Positions 43,146-52,231 of a stretch of DNA of 64,000 bases are shown piece after piece. The stretch lies in NCBI GenBank assembly GCA_963707335.1, contig CAVPQD010000027.1:31868-95867 (forward strand), in the 5' to 3' direction. Source of the stretch: an uncultured Thermoleophilia bacterium. Lineage in GTDB: Bacteria; Actinomycetota; Thermoleophilia; UBA2241. A model generated the notes under the pieces. It was not told the DNA's origin and made no database searches. It saw nothing but the letters and a program-made list of their open reading frames with translations. Position numbers and translations under genes: made by a program. The first letter of the stretch is position 1; every line of letters starts with the position of its first letter.

Positions 43146-45473
43146 CTAGCCGCGCAGCTTGCGGAGCGGCGCCACGCTGGCCATGAGGCGGCGTTCGGAG
43201 CCGTCGTTCTCGAAGCGCACCAGCACGATGCCGCCGCCCTCCACGGCCAGCACCGTCCCTTCGCCCAGAGTGGCGTGCAGCACCCGTTCGCCTGCCGCGA
43301 AGTACTGCTCCACGACCTGCTCGTCCAGGTCCTTCTTCTCCAGCCCGGTGATGCGGCGGCCACTGGCGCCGTCGATGTCGCTCCACTGCCGGTCGTCGCG
43401 CGTGCGGCCTGAACCGCCGCCCCAGCCGGAGCCGCCCCGTTCCCGGCCGTCGCGGCCGCCGCGGCCCTCGTCCCAGCCGCCGCCGCCACCGTTCCACGCC
43501 CCGGCCGCCGCGCCACCGACGAGCTGTCTTTCGTACAGGTCCTCGGGGATCTCGCCGAGAAAGCGCGACGGCATGTTGTACTGAGCCGCGCCCCACAGCG
43601 TGCGGGCGCGTGCGTGCACCAGGTACAGCCTGTCCATCGCGCGCGTGATGCCGACGTAGGCGAGGCGCCGCTCCTCCTCCACGTTCTGCTCGTCCAGCGA
43701 GCGCTGATGGGGGAACACGCCCTCCTCCATGCCGGCGATGAACACCACGGGGAACTCCAGGCCCTTGGCGTTGTGCATCGTCATCAGGGTGATGAGCTCG
43801 CCGGTGTCCGCGTACGCGTCGATGTCGCTGTACAGCGAGACCTCCTGAAGGAAGCCGTCCAGGCTGGGCTCTTCCGTGCGCTTGTCGTACTCCGCGGCGA
43901 CGCCGACGAACTCCTCGACGTTCTCCAGGCGGCCCTCGGCCTCCAACGTGCGCTGGCTCTTGAGGGCCGCCTCGTAGCCGCTCTCCTCCAGCACGCTGCG
44001 CACCACCTCGGCTGCAGGCCGTCCCTCGAGGCCGGCCTGCAGCCCCTCGATCATGCGCACGAAGTCCTCCAGCCCGCGGACCGCCCCGGGGCTGAGTCCG
44101 GTGATCGTGTCCGCTCCCTGCATGGCCTGCCAGACGCTCTCCCCCATCGTCGCCGCGTGCGCCTGCAGGCGCTGCAGGCTGGTGGCGCCGATGCCTCGCT
44201 TGGGCACGTTGACGACGCGCAGGAGGCGCTGCGCGTCGTCCGGGTTCACGAGCACGCTGAGGTAGGCCAGCACGTCGCGGATCTCCGCCCGCTCGTAGAA
44301 CTTGGGGCCGCCGATGACCTGGTAGCCGATGGCGTAGCGGCCGAACTGCTCCTCCAGCACGCGGCTCTGGGCGTTGGTGCGGTACAGCACCGCGATCTCG
44401 TCCGGCCGGAAGGCCCTGTCGGCGCCGGCCTCCCCCTCCAGCAGCTGTTGCACCTCGCTGGCCACGAACTGCGCCTCGGCGCGCTCGTCGTTGACCTCCA
44501 CGACCTGGACGAGCGCGCCCTGCCCTCGTGGCGTCCACAGGTTCTTGCCCTTGCGCTTGCGGTTGTGGGTGACCACGGCGTTGGCGACATCCAGGATGGA
44601 CTGCGTCGAGCGGTAGTTCTGCTCCAGGCGGATGACCTTGGCGTCGGGGTAGTCGCGCTCGAACTCGAGGATGTTGCGGATGTCGGCGCCGCGCCACGAG
44701 TAGATGCTCTGGTCGTCGTCACCCACGACCGCGAGGTTGCGGTGTTGCTCGGCCAGCAGATTGGCGAGGCGGTACTGTGCGTGGTTCGTGTCCTGGTACT
44801 CGTCGATGAGGACGAAGCGGAAGGCGTGCTGATAGTGCTCGAGACGGTCCGGAAAGCGCTCCAGCAGCTGGACCGTCTTCATGAGCAGGTCGTCGAAGTC
44901 CATGGCGTTCATCTCGGCGTGGCGCTTCTCGTAGAGTTCGTAGAGGTCGGCCGACGCCTTGGCGAAATGGCCACCGGTGCGCTCGCGGAACTGCTCGGGG
45001 CCCACGAGCTGGTTCTTGGCGTCGCTGATCTGCCGCGCCAGCGCCTCGGGCGGGAAGCGCTTGGGGTCGAGGTTGAGCTCCTCCAGGCAGCGCTTGATGA
45101 GCCGCCGCCGGTCGTCCTCGTCGTGGATCGTGAAGGTGCTCTTGTAGCCCAGGCGCTGGGCCTCGCGGCGCAACAGGCGCGCGCACATGCTGTGGAAGGT
45201 GCTGATCCACATGGTGCGCGCCACGGGTCCCACGAGGCCGCCGATGCGCTCCTTCATCTCGCCGGCCGCCTTGTTGGTGAAGGTGATGGCCACCACCTCG
45301 TGCGGCTGCACGCGGTGCGCCTGGATGAGGTAGGCGACGCGGTGCGTGAGCACGCGGGTCTTGCCCGAGCCCGCGCCGGCGAGGATGAGCAGCGGGCCCT
45401 CGAAGTGCGTCACGGCCTCGCGCTGCGGCTCGTTGAGCCCGGCGAGCAAGGGGTGGTCGGACGTGTCCTTCAT
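43146..45473 (-). CDS. pcrA: ATP-dependent DNA helicase PcrA/UvrD (SF1A) with Gly/Arg/Trp-rich linker and C-terminal Tudor-like domain
   Basis: 775 aa. Walker A AGAGSGKTRVLTHR; DEYQDTNHAQY; VGDDDQSIYSWRGA; TMHNAKGLEFPVVF. C-terminal ...GERVLHATLGEGTVLAVEG. Confidence 0.95.
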   Translation of the reverse strand: MKDTSDHPLLAGLNEPQREAVTHFEGPLLILAGAGSGKTRVLTHRVAYLIQAHRVQPHEVVAITFTNKAAGEMKERIGGLVGPVARTMWISTFHSMCARLLRREAQRLGYKSTFTIHDEDDRRRLIKRCLEELNLDPKRFPPEALARQISDAKNQLVGPEQFRERTGGHFAKASADLYELYEKRHAEMNAMDFDDLLMKTVQLLERFPDRLEHYQHAFRFVLIDEYQDTNHAQYRLANLLAEQHRNLAVVGDDDQSIYSWRGADIRNILEFERDYPDAKVIRLEQNYRSTQSILDVANAVVTHNRKRKGKNLWTPRGQGALVQVVEVNDERAEAQFVASEVQQLLEGEAGADRAFRPDEIAVLYRTNAQSRVLEEQFGRYAIGYQVIGGPKFYERAEIRDVLAYLSVLVNPDDAQRLLRVVNVPKRGIGATSLQRLQAHAATMGESVWQAMQGADTITGLSPGAVRGLEDFVRMIEGLQAGLEGRPAAEVVRSVLEESGYEAALKSQRTLEAEGRLENVEEFVGVAAEYDKRTEEPSLDGFLQEVSLYSDIDAYADTGELITLMTMHNAKGLEFPVVFIAGMEEGVFPHQRSLDEQNVEEERRLAYVGITRAMDRLYLVHARARTLWGAAQYNMPSRFLGEIPEDLYERQLVGGAAAGAWNGGGGGWDEGRGGRDGRERGGSGWGGGSGRTRDDRQWSDIDGASGRRITGLEKKDLDEQVVEQYFAAGERVLHATLGEGTVLAVEGGGIVLVRFENDGSERRLMASVAPLRKLRG

Positions 45474-46096
45474 CAGCCCACCCCGCCGCCGACCAGCAGG
45501 CTGATGACCAGCGCGATGACGCCGGCGAACGTGAGGCGCAGCCCGGAGAGCCAGAGGCGTTCACGCGAGACGGCTCCGAGAAAGACCCCGAGCAGGAAGA
45601 GCTCGACGAGAGCGACCACGACCGCGGCGTAGTACGCGCCGTGCATGCCCAGCATCCCGGTGAACAGGAACGGGATCATGACGATCAGCGCCGCCGCGAA
45701 CGGCGAGGCGCCGTCCACGAAGGCGATCACGATGGTCGCGTAGCGAGACGCCGACGCGATGGACGTATCCTGCAAGCTGGACAGCGTCGACTCCTCGAGC
45801 TCGCGCATCGCCCGGTCACGCTCCGCGCGCTCCACAAGGTACGAGCCGTAGAACCCCGACACCCCCATACCGACGGCGGTGGTGAGCACGACGACGAAGA
45901 TGGCCCTCGGACTGTCGACGCCGCCGAGGTAGCCGCCCACGAGCACGCCGAGCGCGGTGAGCACGCCGTCGAAGGCGTTCATCGCGAAGTATCGCCGGGC
46001 GATCTCGCCGACCTCGGCGATCTCGTGATAGTGGCGCAGCGTGTCGACCTGCCGGCGCAGGCGCGCGCCGAGGCTGGGCAGTGCCGGGAGGCTCAC
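45473..46096 (-). CDS. VIT1/CCC1-family (iron/manganese transporter-like) membrane protein
   Basis: 207 aa. ..RYFAMNAFDGVLTALGVLVGG.. plus an acidic loop and C-terminal TM helices. Its stop abuts the pcrA ATG (TGATG). Confidence 0.65.
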   Translation of the reverse strand: MSLPALPSLGARLRRQVDTLRHYHEIAEVGEIARRYFAMNAFDGVLTALGVLVGGYLGGVDSPRAIFVVVLTTAVGMGVSGFYGSYLVERAERDRAMRELEESTLSSLQDTSIASASRYATIVIAFVDGASPFAAALIVMIPFLFTGMLGMHGAYYAAVVVALVELFLLGVFLGAVSRERLWLSGLRLTFAGVIALVISLLVGGGVG

Positions 46097-46130
46097 AGCT
46101 TGGTCACCGGGCTGTCACTGGGGGCGGCGC

Positions 46131-46439
46131 TCAGCGCAGCCAGGGAGCGCCGGCGTCCTGCGGCGTCTCGACCTCGTCGATGAGCCGCTTGCCGGTGGAC
46201 ACCTTGTCGATGGAGTGGATGCTGCCACCCGACTCCTGCACCACCTCGGCCACGGCCTGGAACTCGACGTCGTCGCCCTCGAGCGTGATCTTGATGTTCT
46301 CGACCTTGTTGTCGATCTCGATGAGGGTGATGTCGACGCCGTGGATGCCCTCCAGGTCGCCGAGCTTGTCGGCGAGAGTGAGCATGGTGGGCTGGTGCGG
46401 TTTGAGCACGTCGAGCACGAGACGCCTGACCTCGCTCAT
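46131..46439 (-). CDS. DUF211-like small protein
   Basis: 102 aa: MSEVRRLVLDVLKPHQPTMLTLADKLGDLEGIHGVDITLIEIDNKVENIKITLEGDDVEF..., the pattern I recognise as DUF211. As I recall, this family is often found next to VIT-family genes. Confidence 0.6.
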   Translation of the reverse strand: MSEVRRLVLDVLKPHQPTMLTLADKLGDLEGIHGVDITLIEIDNKVENIKITLEGDDVEFQAVAEVVQESGGSIHSIDKVSTGKRLIDEVETPQDAGAPWLR

Positions 46440-46583
46440 GGATGGATCACGCTCCGTGGGAGAGTCGTTGCAGAGGCTGCAATCGTAGCATACCCGCTCG
46501 CCGGCGCCGGTGAGCCGGGCCGGTCACGATGGCTCCGCCCCGACCGGCCCTCGGATGCCGGCGCCCGGGCGCCGGCCGGCGCC

Positions 46584-47402
46584 TCAGATGCCGGCGCCCT
46601 CGTTGAAGGCGAGCAGCTCCGCCAGGATCTCCTGCGTCTCGCGCACGGCCTGCTGGCGCTTGCCCTTGCGCTCGGGGTGGATCTCGTCCAGCTCCTGCTC
46701 CATCTCCACGATGCGCGCCACGAGGCACTTGATCGCCTCGGCAACGGGGTCGGGCAGGTGGCGGTAGTCGATGTCGGGGATGCCCACGCGCTGGCCCTCG
46801 AGCAGCACCGGCCGCCCCGGGTTGCCGACCACGGTCGAGTTCTTGGGCACATCCATGACGACGACGCTGCCGGCCCCGACCTTGGCGTTGTCGCCCACGC
46901 TGATGCCGCCCAGCACCTTGGCGCCGGCGCCGAACACGACGTTGTCGCCTACGGTGGGGTGTCGCTTGCCCGTCTCCTTGCCGGTGCCGCCCAGCGTGAC
47001 GCCCTGGTAGATCGTGACGTTGTCGCCGATCTCCGCCGTCTCGCCGATGACCACGCCGGAGCCGTGATCGATGAACAGCCCCTTGCCGATCTTCGCCGCC
47101 GGATGGATCTCGACGCCCGTGAAGAAGCGGTTGGCCTGACTGATCCAGCGCGGCAGCAGCGGCACGGACTCGTGCTCCAGCTTGTGCGCCAGGCGGTGCA
47201 GCCACAGTGCGTGCAGGCCGGCGTAGGACGTCACGACCTCGAAGCTGGAGTGCGCCGCGGGGTCGCGCTCGCGGACGGCCTTCACGTCGCTGCGGATCTC
47301 GTCGATGGCCGTGTTGATGGGACGACAGCCGCGCGTCTTGCCGCCCAGGAAGTAACAGCCCGCCACACCCAGGGAAAGCACGCCCAGCAGCTTGCGGATC
47401 AC
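46584..47402 (-). CDS. cysE: serine O-acetyltransferase
   Basis: [27 protein letters not shown], hexapeptide repeats [44 protein letters not shown], and a helical C-terminal extension. Start is GTG 47402 (8 nt after AGAGAGG) or 47411. Confidence 0.88.
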   Translation of the reverse strand: MIRKLLGVLSLGVAGCYFLGGKTRGCRPINTAIDEIRSDVKAVRERDPAAHSSFEVVTSYAGLHALWLHRLAHKLEHESVPLLPRWISQANRFFTGVEIHPAAKIGKGLFIDHGSGVVIGETAEIGDNVTIYQGVTLGGTGKETGKRHPTVGDNVVFGAGAKVLGGISVGDNAKVGAGSVVVMDVPKNSTVVGNPGRPVLLEGQRVGIPDIDYRHLPDPVAEAIKCLVARIVEMEQELDEIHPERKGKRQQAVRETQEILAELLAFNEGAGI

Positions 47403-47469
47403 GACCGTCACCTCTCTTCCTGCACGTCGGGGGCCGAGGCCCGCGGGCCACGGCATCCGGGGTACGCTA

Positions 47470-48288
47470 TCACGCCTCGTTCATGCTTCCCGATCGGAAA
47501 CCATCGAGGTCGAGGGCGACGTAGGCGAAGCCGGCGGCATGTAGGCGGCGCGCGATCTCGCCGCGCGCCGGCCCGGCCGCCCGGCCGATCTCGTCGCCCT
47601 CGACCTCGACGCGAGCCACCTGCCCATGGTGCCGCAGGCGGCACTGGCGGAAGCCCAGCTCGCGCAGTGCCCTCTCCCCGGCGGCCACGGCCGCCAGCTT
47701 GTCCGGCGTGATGGGCTCGCCGTACGGCAGGCGCGACGCCAGGCACGCCTGCTGCGGCGCGTCCCAGGTGGCGAGCCCGGCGCTCTGAGCCAGGGCGCGC
47801 ACGGCCGCCTTGCCCAGGCCGGCGTCCAGCAGCGGGTGCCGCACACCGGCCTCGGCGGTGGCCAGCATTCCCGGGCGGTGGTCGCCCAGGTCGTCCAGGT
47901 TGGCGCCGTCCAGCAGCGCGTCACAGCCGCGCTCGCGGGCCACGGCCGCCATGCGCTCCACAAGATGGCGCTTGCAGTGGTAGCAGCGGTCCCGCGCGTT
48001 GCCGACGAACGACGGGTCGTCGAACTCGTCCGTCTCGGCGACGATGTGCACGACGCCGAGCTCCGCGGCGAGGCTGCGGGCCGTCTCGAGCTCCTCGGCG
48101 AGATAGGTCGCGGAGGTCGCGGTGAAGGCCACGACCCGCTCAGGGCCGAGCTGCTGCGCCGCGGCCCACAGCAGCAGGCTCGAGTCGACGCCCCCGGAGA
48201 AGGCGACGCAGGCGGACGTGATGCCGGCGAGCTGCTCGCGCAGCGCCGTCGTCCACGCCACCTCCTGGCTCGCCGGAGCAGCGCTCAC
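47470..48288 (-). CDS. LarE-like PP-loop ATP pyrophosphatase (TIGR00268-type sulfur transferase), three-Cys type
   Basis: GTG 48288 (GTGA overlap with the upstream stop). PP-loop [14 protein letters not shown]. Cys triad DRCYHCKRH + [12 protein letters not shown]. The track ORF is over-extended to 48567. Confidence 0.75.
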   Translation of the reverse strand: MSAAPASQEVAWTTALREQLAGITSACVAFSGGVDSSLLLWAAAQQLGPERVVAFTATSATYLAEELETARSLAAELGVVHIVAETDEFDDPSFVGNARDRCYHCKRHLVERMAAVARERGCDALLDGANLDDLGDHRPGMLATAEAGVRHPLLDAGLGKAAVRALAQSAGLATWDAPQQACLASRLPYGEPITPDKLAAVAAGERALRELGFRQCRLRHHGQVARVEVEGDEIGRAAGPARGEIARRLHAAGFAYVALDLDGFRSGSMNEA

Positions 48289-49073
48289 ACGGTCTCCTCG
48301 TCGCGCAGCTCTGTGATGGTGGGCTGGGCCCCACACACGGGGCACGCCGGCGCGCGGTCCACCTCCACTTCGCGGAAGCTGAGCTCCGCACCGTCGAACT
48401 GCAGCAGCCGGTTGTACAGCGGCTGGCCGGCGCCGGTGATGACCTTGATGGCCTCCAGCGCCTGGATGGCGCCGATGACACCGGGGATGGGTCCGAGCAC
48501 GCCCGCCTCCGAGCAGCTCACGACCCCGGCGGGTGGCGGCGGCTCCGGGAACAGGCAGCGATAGCACGCCGTCTCGCCGCCCTTCACGGTCATCGCCAGG
48601 CCGATCAGGCGCAGCACGGCGCCGTCGCAGAGCGTCCTGCCGGCAAGGACGCAGGCATCGTTGATGAGGAAGCGGGTCGGGAAGTTGTCCACAGCCGTGA
48701 CGACGATGTCGTACGCGTCGACCAGGTCGGCGATGTTGTCCGCGACGAGCCGCAGGCTGTGAGCTTCGACGGCGACGTCCGGGTTGAGCGCCGACAGGCG
48801 CTCGGCCGCGACCCGCGCCTTGCCCCGACCGATGTCCGCCGTCGTGAACAGGACCTGGCGCTGCAGGTTGGACAGCTCCACGACGTCGTCGTCGACGATG
48901 CCGATGCGGCCGACGCCCGCGGCCGTCAGGTAGTACAGCGCCGGAGCGCCGAGGCCCCCGGCGCCCACGACGAGCACGGACGCCTCGCGCAGCTTCTGCT
49001 GACCGCGCTCGCCCAGCTCTTTGAGCACAAGCTGGCAGTCGTAGCGCAGCCGTTCCTTGCCGCTGATGCGCAT
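48285..49073 (-). CDS. ThiF/MoeB/HesA-family E1-like adenylyltransferase
   Basis: 262 aa. RYDCQLVL..G..GQQKL, VLVVGAGGLGAPALYYL, and two CxxC pairs (ACYRC, CPVCG). No rhodanese domain. Confidence 0.88.
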   Translation of the reverse strand: MRISGKERLRYDCQLVLKELGERGQQKLREASVLVVGAGGLGAPALYYLTAAGVGRIGIVDDDVVELSNLQRQVLFTTADIGRGKARVAAERLSALNPDVAVEAHSLRLVADNIADLVDAYDIVVTAVDNFPTRFLINDACVLAGRTLCDGAVLRLIGLAMTVKGGETACYRCLFPEPPPPAGVVSCSEAGVLGPIPGVIGAIQALEAIKVITGAGQPLYNRLLQFDGAELSFREVEVDRAPACPVCGAQPTITELRDEETV

Positions 49074-49109
49074 CGTCCGCCTCCGGGGCTCAGCGCGGCG
49101 CGCGCCGCG

Positions 49110-50060
49110 TCACGCCTCGACCTCGGCGAGATCGGCGAAGAGCGACGTGGAGAGGTAGCGCTCGCCGGTGTCGCAGAGGATGGTGACGATGACCCTGCCG
49201 CTGCCGGTGAAGTCCTGCCGGCGGGCGATCTGGGCGGCAGCCCAGACGTTGGCGCCGGCTGAGATCCCCACCAGTAGTCCTTCCTCGCGGGCTAGCCGGC
49301 GAGCTGTCTCCATCGCGTCGCCGTCGCGCACCCTCACGACCTCGTCGTACACGGACCGGTCCAGCACGCCCGGCACGAAGCCGGCGCCGATCCCCTGGAT
49401 GCGGTGCAGACCGGCGTGACCGCCGCTCAGCACGGCCGAGTCCGAGGGTTCCACGGCGACGACCAAGGCCTCGGGCCGCCGCTCCCGCAGCAGTCCGCCG
49501 ACCCCCGTCAGTGTGCCGCCCGTGCCCACGCCCGCGACGAACGCGTCCACCCGGCCCTCAGTGTCGGTCCAGATCTCCTCAGCGGTGGTGAGCCGATGTG
49601 CCTCAGGGTTGGCCAGGTTCTCGAACTGCTGGGGCACGAACGTGTCGTCGCCTTGGGCGCCGAGTTCGATGGCCTTGTCCACGGCGCCCCTCATACCCTC
49701 GTCGCCGGGGGTGAGCACGAGGCGCGCGCCGAAGGCCTGCAGCAGCGCGCGCCGCTCGGTGCCGAACGAGTCCGGCATGGTGATGACCATGTCGTAGCCG
49801 CGCGCCGCCGCGACCATGGCGAGGGCGATGCCGGTGTTGCCGCTGGTGGGTTCGATGATGGTGGTGCGCCCCGGGGCGATGCGCCCCTCACGCTCGGCCG
49901 CCTCGAGCATGGCCAGTCCGATGCGGTCCTTGACGCTGCCGCCGGGGTTGAATGATTCGAGCTTGCCGAGGACTTCGGCGCCCGTCTCGTCCGAGATGCG
50001 GTTGAGGCGCACCAAGGGTGTATGCCCGATGAGCTCGGTGATGCTCGTGGCCCTGTTCAT
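49110..50060 (-). CDS. cysK: cysteine synthase A (O-acetylserine sulfhydrylase)
   Basis: 316 aa. [16 protein letters not shown]-lysine motif [31 protein letters not shown]. Confidence 0.93.
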   Translation of the reverse strand: MNRATSITELIGHTPLVRLNRISDETGAEVLGKLESFNPGGSVKDRIGLAMLEAAEREGRIAPGRTTIIEPTSGNTGIALAMVAAARGYDMVITMPDSFGTERRALLQAFGARLVLTPGDEGMRGAVDKAIELGAQGDDTFVPQQFENLANPEAHRLTTAEEIWTDTEGRVDAFVAGVGTGGTLTGVGGLLRERRPEALVVAVEPSDSAVLSGGHAGLHRIQGIGAGFVPGVLDRSVYDEVVRVRDGDAMETARRLAREEGLLVGISAGANVWAAAQIARRQDFTGSGRVIVTILCDTGERYLSTSLFADLAEVEA

Positions 50061-50087
50061 GCGCCTCCTCAGGCGGTGTCGATCGCG

Positions 50088-50519
50088 CTAGATCTGGTAC
50101 ATGGGCGCCCGCTCGCGGAGCGCCTCTTCGCGCCGCAGCAGGTCGCCGATGCTCGTGCCGCCCAGCACCTTCTCCAGTGCCTGCTGGGCTTCTATCCACA
50201 CGGAGGAGGCGCCGCAGCCTTCGACCTGCTCGCAGAGGCCCTGGGTGCACTCGGCCGGCGACGGCACGCCGTCCAGGGCGGCGACCACGTCCAGCACGGT
50301 GATGTCGACGGCGGGTCTGGCCAGCGAATAGCCGCCCGCGGCGCCGCGCCGGCTACGGACCACACCGCCGCGACGGAGCGCCGCGAAGACCTGCTCCAGG
50401 AATTGGAGCGGCATGTCGCGGCTGTCGGCGAGGTCGCCGAGTCTGACTGGCCGTCCAGGCTCGGCCTGCTCGCGACGCGCCAGCTCGGTGAGGGCCCGCA
50501 CCGCGTATCTGCTTTTCAT
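50088..50519 (-). CDS. Rrf2-family transcriptional regulator (CymR/IscR-like)
   Basis: MKSRYAVRALTELAR..., wHTH ..LGDLADSRDMPLQFLEQVFAALRRGGVVRSRRGAAGGYSLA, and Cys residues (ECTQGLCEQVEGC). The track starts 4 codons earlier (GTG 50531). Confidence 0.88.
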   Translation of the reverse strand: MKSRYAVRALTELARREQAEPGRPVRLGDLADSRDMPLQFLEQVFAALRRGGVVRSRRGAAGGYSLARPAVDITVLDVVAALDGVPSPAECTQGLCEQVEGCGASSVWIEAQQALEKVLGGTSIGDLLRREEALRERAPMYQI

Positions 50520-50596
50520 GGAGATGTTCACGCCGACCGCCCTGCAGCTTTATTCCCGACTATTGTAGTCAAGAATCGGAATTGGCACCGTGCGTG

Positions 50597-51064
50597 TCAA
50601 TCGATCCGCGGCCCCGCGCGGCGCAGCACGGCCGTCGCCACCGCCGTGAGCAGAAGGGTCACCAGCGCGGCCCACACGATCCGGTAGCCGACGACCCAGA
50701 ACGTGCTGGCCCCCAGGGCGATGAAGACGAGCGAGTCCTCCACGATGGCGTGCACCATGCTGAGGAAGACGCTCATGATGAACACCTGCCTGCGGCCGAG
50801 ACCGTGGCGGCGGATGTCGCGGACGATGACGCCGCCGCCGTACGCCAGCCCGAACAGGAAGCCGATCAGCGTAGGCGCGGCGGACTGCTCGTCTAACCCC
50901 ACATGTCGCACGATGCGCGCCCAGCCGCGCACGACGGCGCGGAACGGGCCCGTACCCTCGAAGAGCTCCAGCACGACCATGATGGGGATGACGATGATGA
51001 ACACCTTGAGCAGCAGGTCGAACGAACCCGTGATGAAGGTGCGCAGGAGATCGGCCACGGTCAC
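50597..51064 (-). CDS. nucleoside-recognition (Gate) domain membrane protein, SpmB-like
   Basis: GTG 51064 (GTGA overlap). VTVADLLRTFITGSFDLLLKVFIIVIPIMVVLELF... is hydrophobic. Paired with the upstream Gate-domain gene. Confidence 0.6.
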   Translation of the reverse strand: MTVADLLRTFITGSFDLLLKVFIIVIPIMVVLELFEGTGPFRAVVRGWARIVRHVGLDEQSAAPTLIGFLFGLAYGGGVIVRDIRRHGLGRRQVFIMSVFLSMVHAIVEDSLVFIALGASTFWVVGYRIVWAALVTLLLTAVATAVLRRAGPRID

Positions 51065-51546
51065 ACGACCTGCATGATCGCGTTGGCCACGGCGGCGGCG
51101 GCGAGGCCGGCCACCACACGCAGGGCGCCGAAGGCCACGCCGTTCATGCCGGCCTTGTGCAGGACGGCGCCTTCGACCAGCAGGTTGTGGCCGATGAGGA
51201 TCGCGATGGCCAGCACCGTGACCTGCGCAGCCGAGAGGTCCAGCGCCTGCGTCGATCCCACCGCCGCGTAGATGTTGAGCACGTAGCCCATGACAAGGGG
51301 GACGGCGGCGTCGCCGGGCAGCCCGAGCAGCGTCATGATCGGCCGGGCGCCTCGGGCCAGGAGGTCGATGACGCCGAGGTACTGCAGCAGCAGCGTGACG
51401 CCGTAGGCGGGGACCATCACCCGAGCCAGCTCCCAGAAGGTCTGCAGGCCGGACCTGGCGCCCACCCGGATGTCGCGCCGCACGACGCTCCACAGGGTCT
51501 GCGGGCCTTCCGGTGCGGGCACGGGGGTGTCGTCGGGCGGAGTCAT
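51061..51546 (-). CDS. nucleoside-recognition (Gate) domain membrane protein, SpmA-like
   Basis: ATG 51546: MTPPDDTPVP...GLQTFWELARVMVPAYGVTLLLQYLGVIDLLARGARPIMTLLGLPGDAAVPLVMGY. The track ORF is over-extended to 51867. Confidence 0.6.
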   Translation of the reverse strand: MTPPDDTPVPAPEGPQTLWSVVRRDIRVGARSGLQTFWELARVMVPAYGVTLLLQYLGVIDLLARGARPIMTLLGLPGDAAVPLVMGYVLNIYAAVGSTQALDLSAAQVTVLAIAILIGHNLLVEGAVLHKAGMNGVAFGALRVVAGLAAAAVANAIMQVV

Positions 51547-51708
51547 CGGCAGGGATTCTCGCACGGCGCAGGCCCCGCCGATAGGCCAGACGGCGCGGGC
51601 CTCGCGGCGGCGGCTCGTCACGCCGCGGCGCCGGGCCGCTCCATCGTCACCGCGGAGCCGCCTCCGCCACCCTTGAGGGTGACGCGCGCCGCGGCGCAGC
51701 ATGGCGCC

Positions 51709-52211
51709 ATGTCCGCGCATCGCACAGCCGTCCTCGCCGTCCTCGCCGTCCTGGCGATGAGCATCGTCGGCCTCCAGGCGTGGCACGCGCGGGCTCACGA
51801 CGGCAGCGATGTCCGGCCAGCCCTCCCCCAGCCGGCGTCCTCGCCGCCGGCGACCGGGCGGCCGCATCGCTCGCCCCGCCGGTCGACGACGGCGGCCGCC
51901 TCGAGGCGGCGCGCGTGCTGCACCTCTTCTGCAGCTTCGTCGACTCGGGCCGGCTGGCCCGCGCCGGCTCGCAGCTGGCGCCGCATGCTTGGCCGCGGCG
52001 CGAGCTGCGCGCCTTCGCCGCCTTCCGCTTCATCTCGGCGCGCGTCTACGCGGCGCCGGACGCGCGCACGCTCATCATGCTCACCCGCATCCGCGTCCGC
52101 ACGCGGGCGCCGAGCCCGCTGCCGGACGGCGTCGCCACACTGTTCTTCACCCTGGGGAGGGTCGGGACCACGGGGGGCTGGCTGATCACAGCCGTTCACT
52201 CCAGCCCGTAA
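51709..52211 (+). pseudogene. small signal-anchored hypothetical protein, one frame change near 51800-51880
   Basis: ATG 51709: MSAHRTAVLAVLAVLAMSIVGLQAW (frame of ORF 51157..52185). The body ..RLEAARVLHLFCSFVDSGRL...TLIMLTRIRVRT...TLFFTLGRVGTTGGWLITAVHSSP is in ORF 51780..52211. Confidence 0.45.
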
Positions 52212-52231
52212 CCCTCCAGAAAGGGGTCCCC

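Noticed and set aside
42939-43412. A plus-strand ORF starting at ATG 42939 behind a very strong SD (AAGGAGGGGG) in the unusually long 393-bp pcrA-echA spacer.
   Set aside because: The translation (MGSTRTPPHPRRGRPHGGWSGLPPGRRGRG...) is Arg/Pro/Gly junk. It has no stop until it is 270 nt deep into antisense pcrA. The SD-like string may be fortuitous or belong to an RNA structure. The spacer itself remains unexplained.
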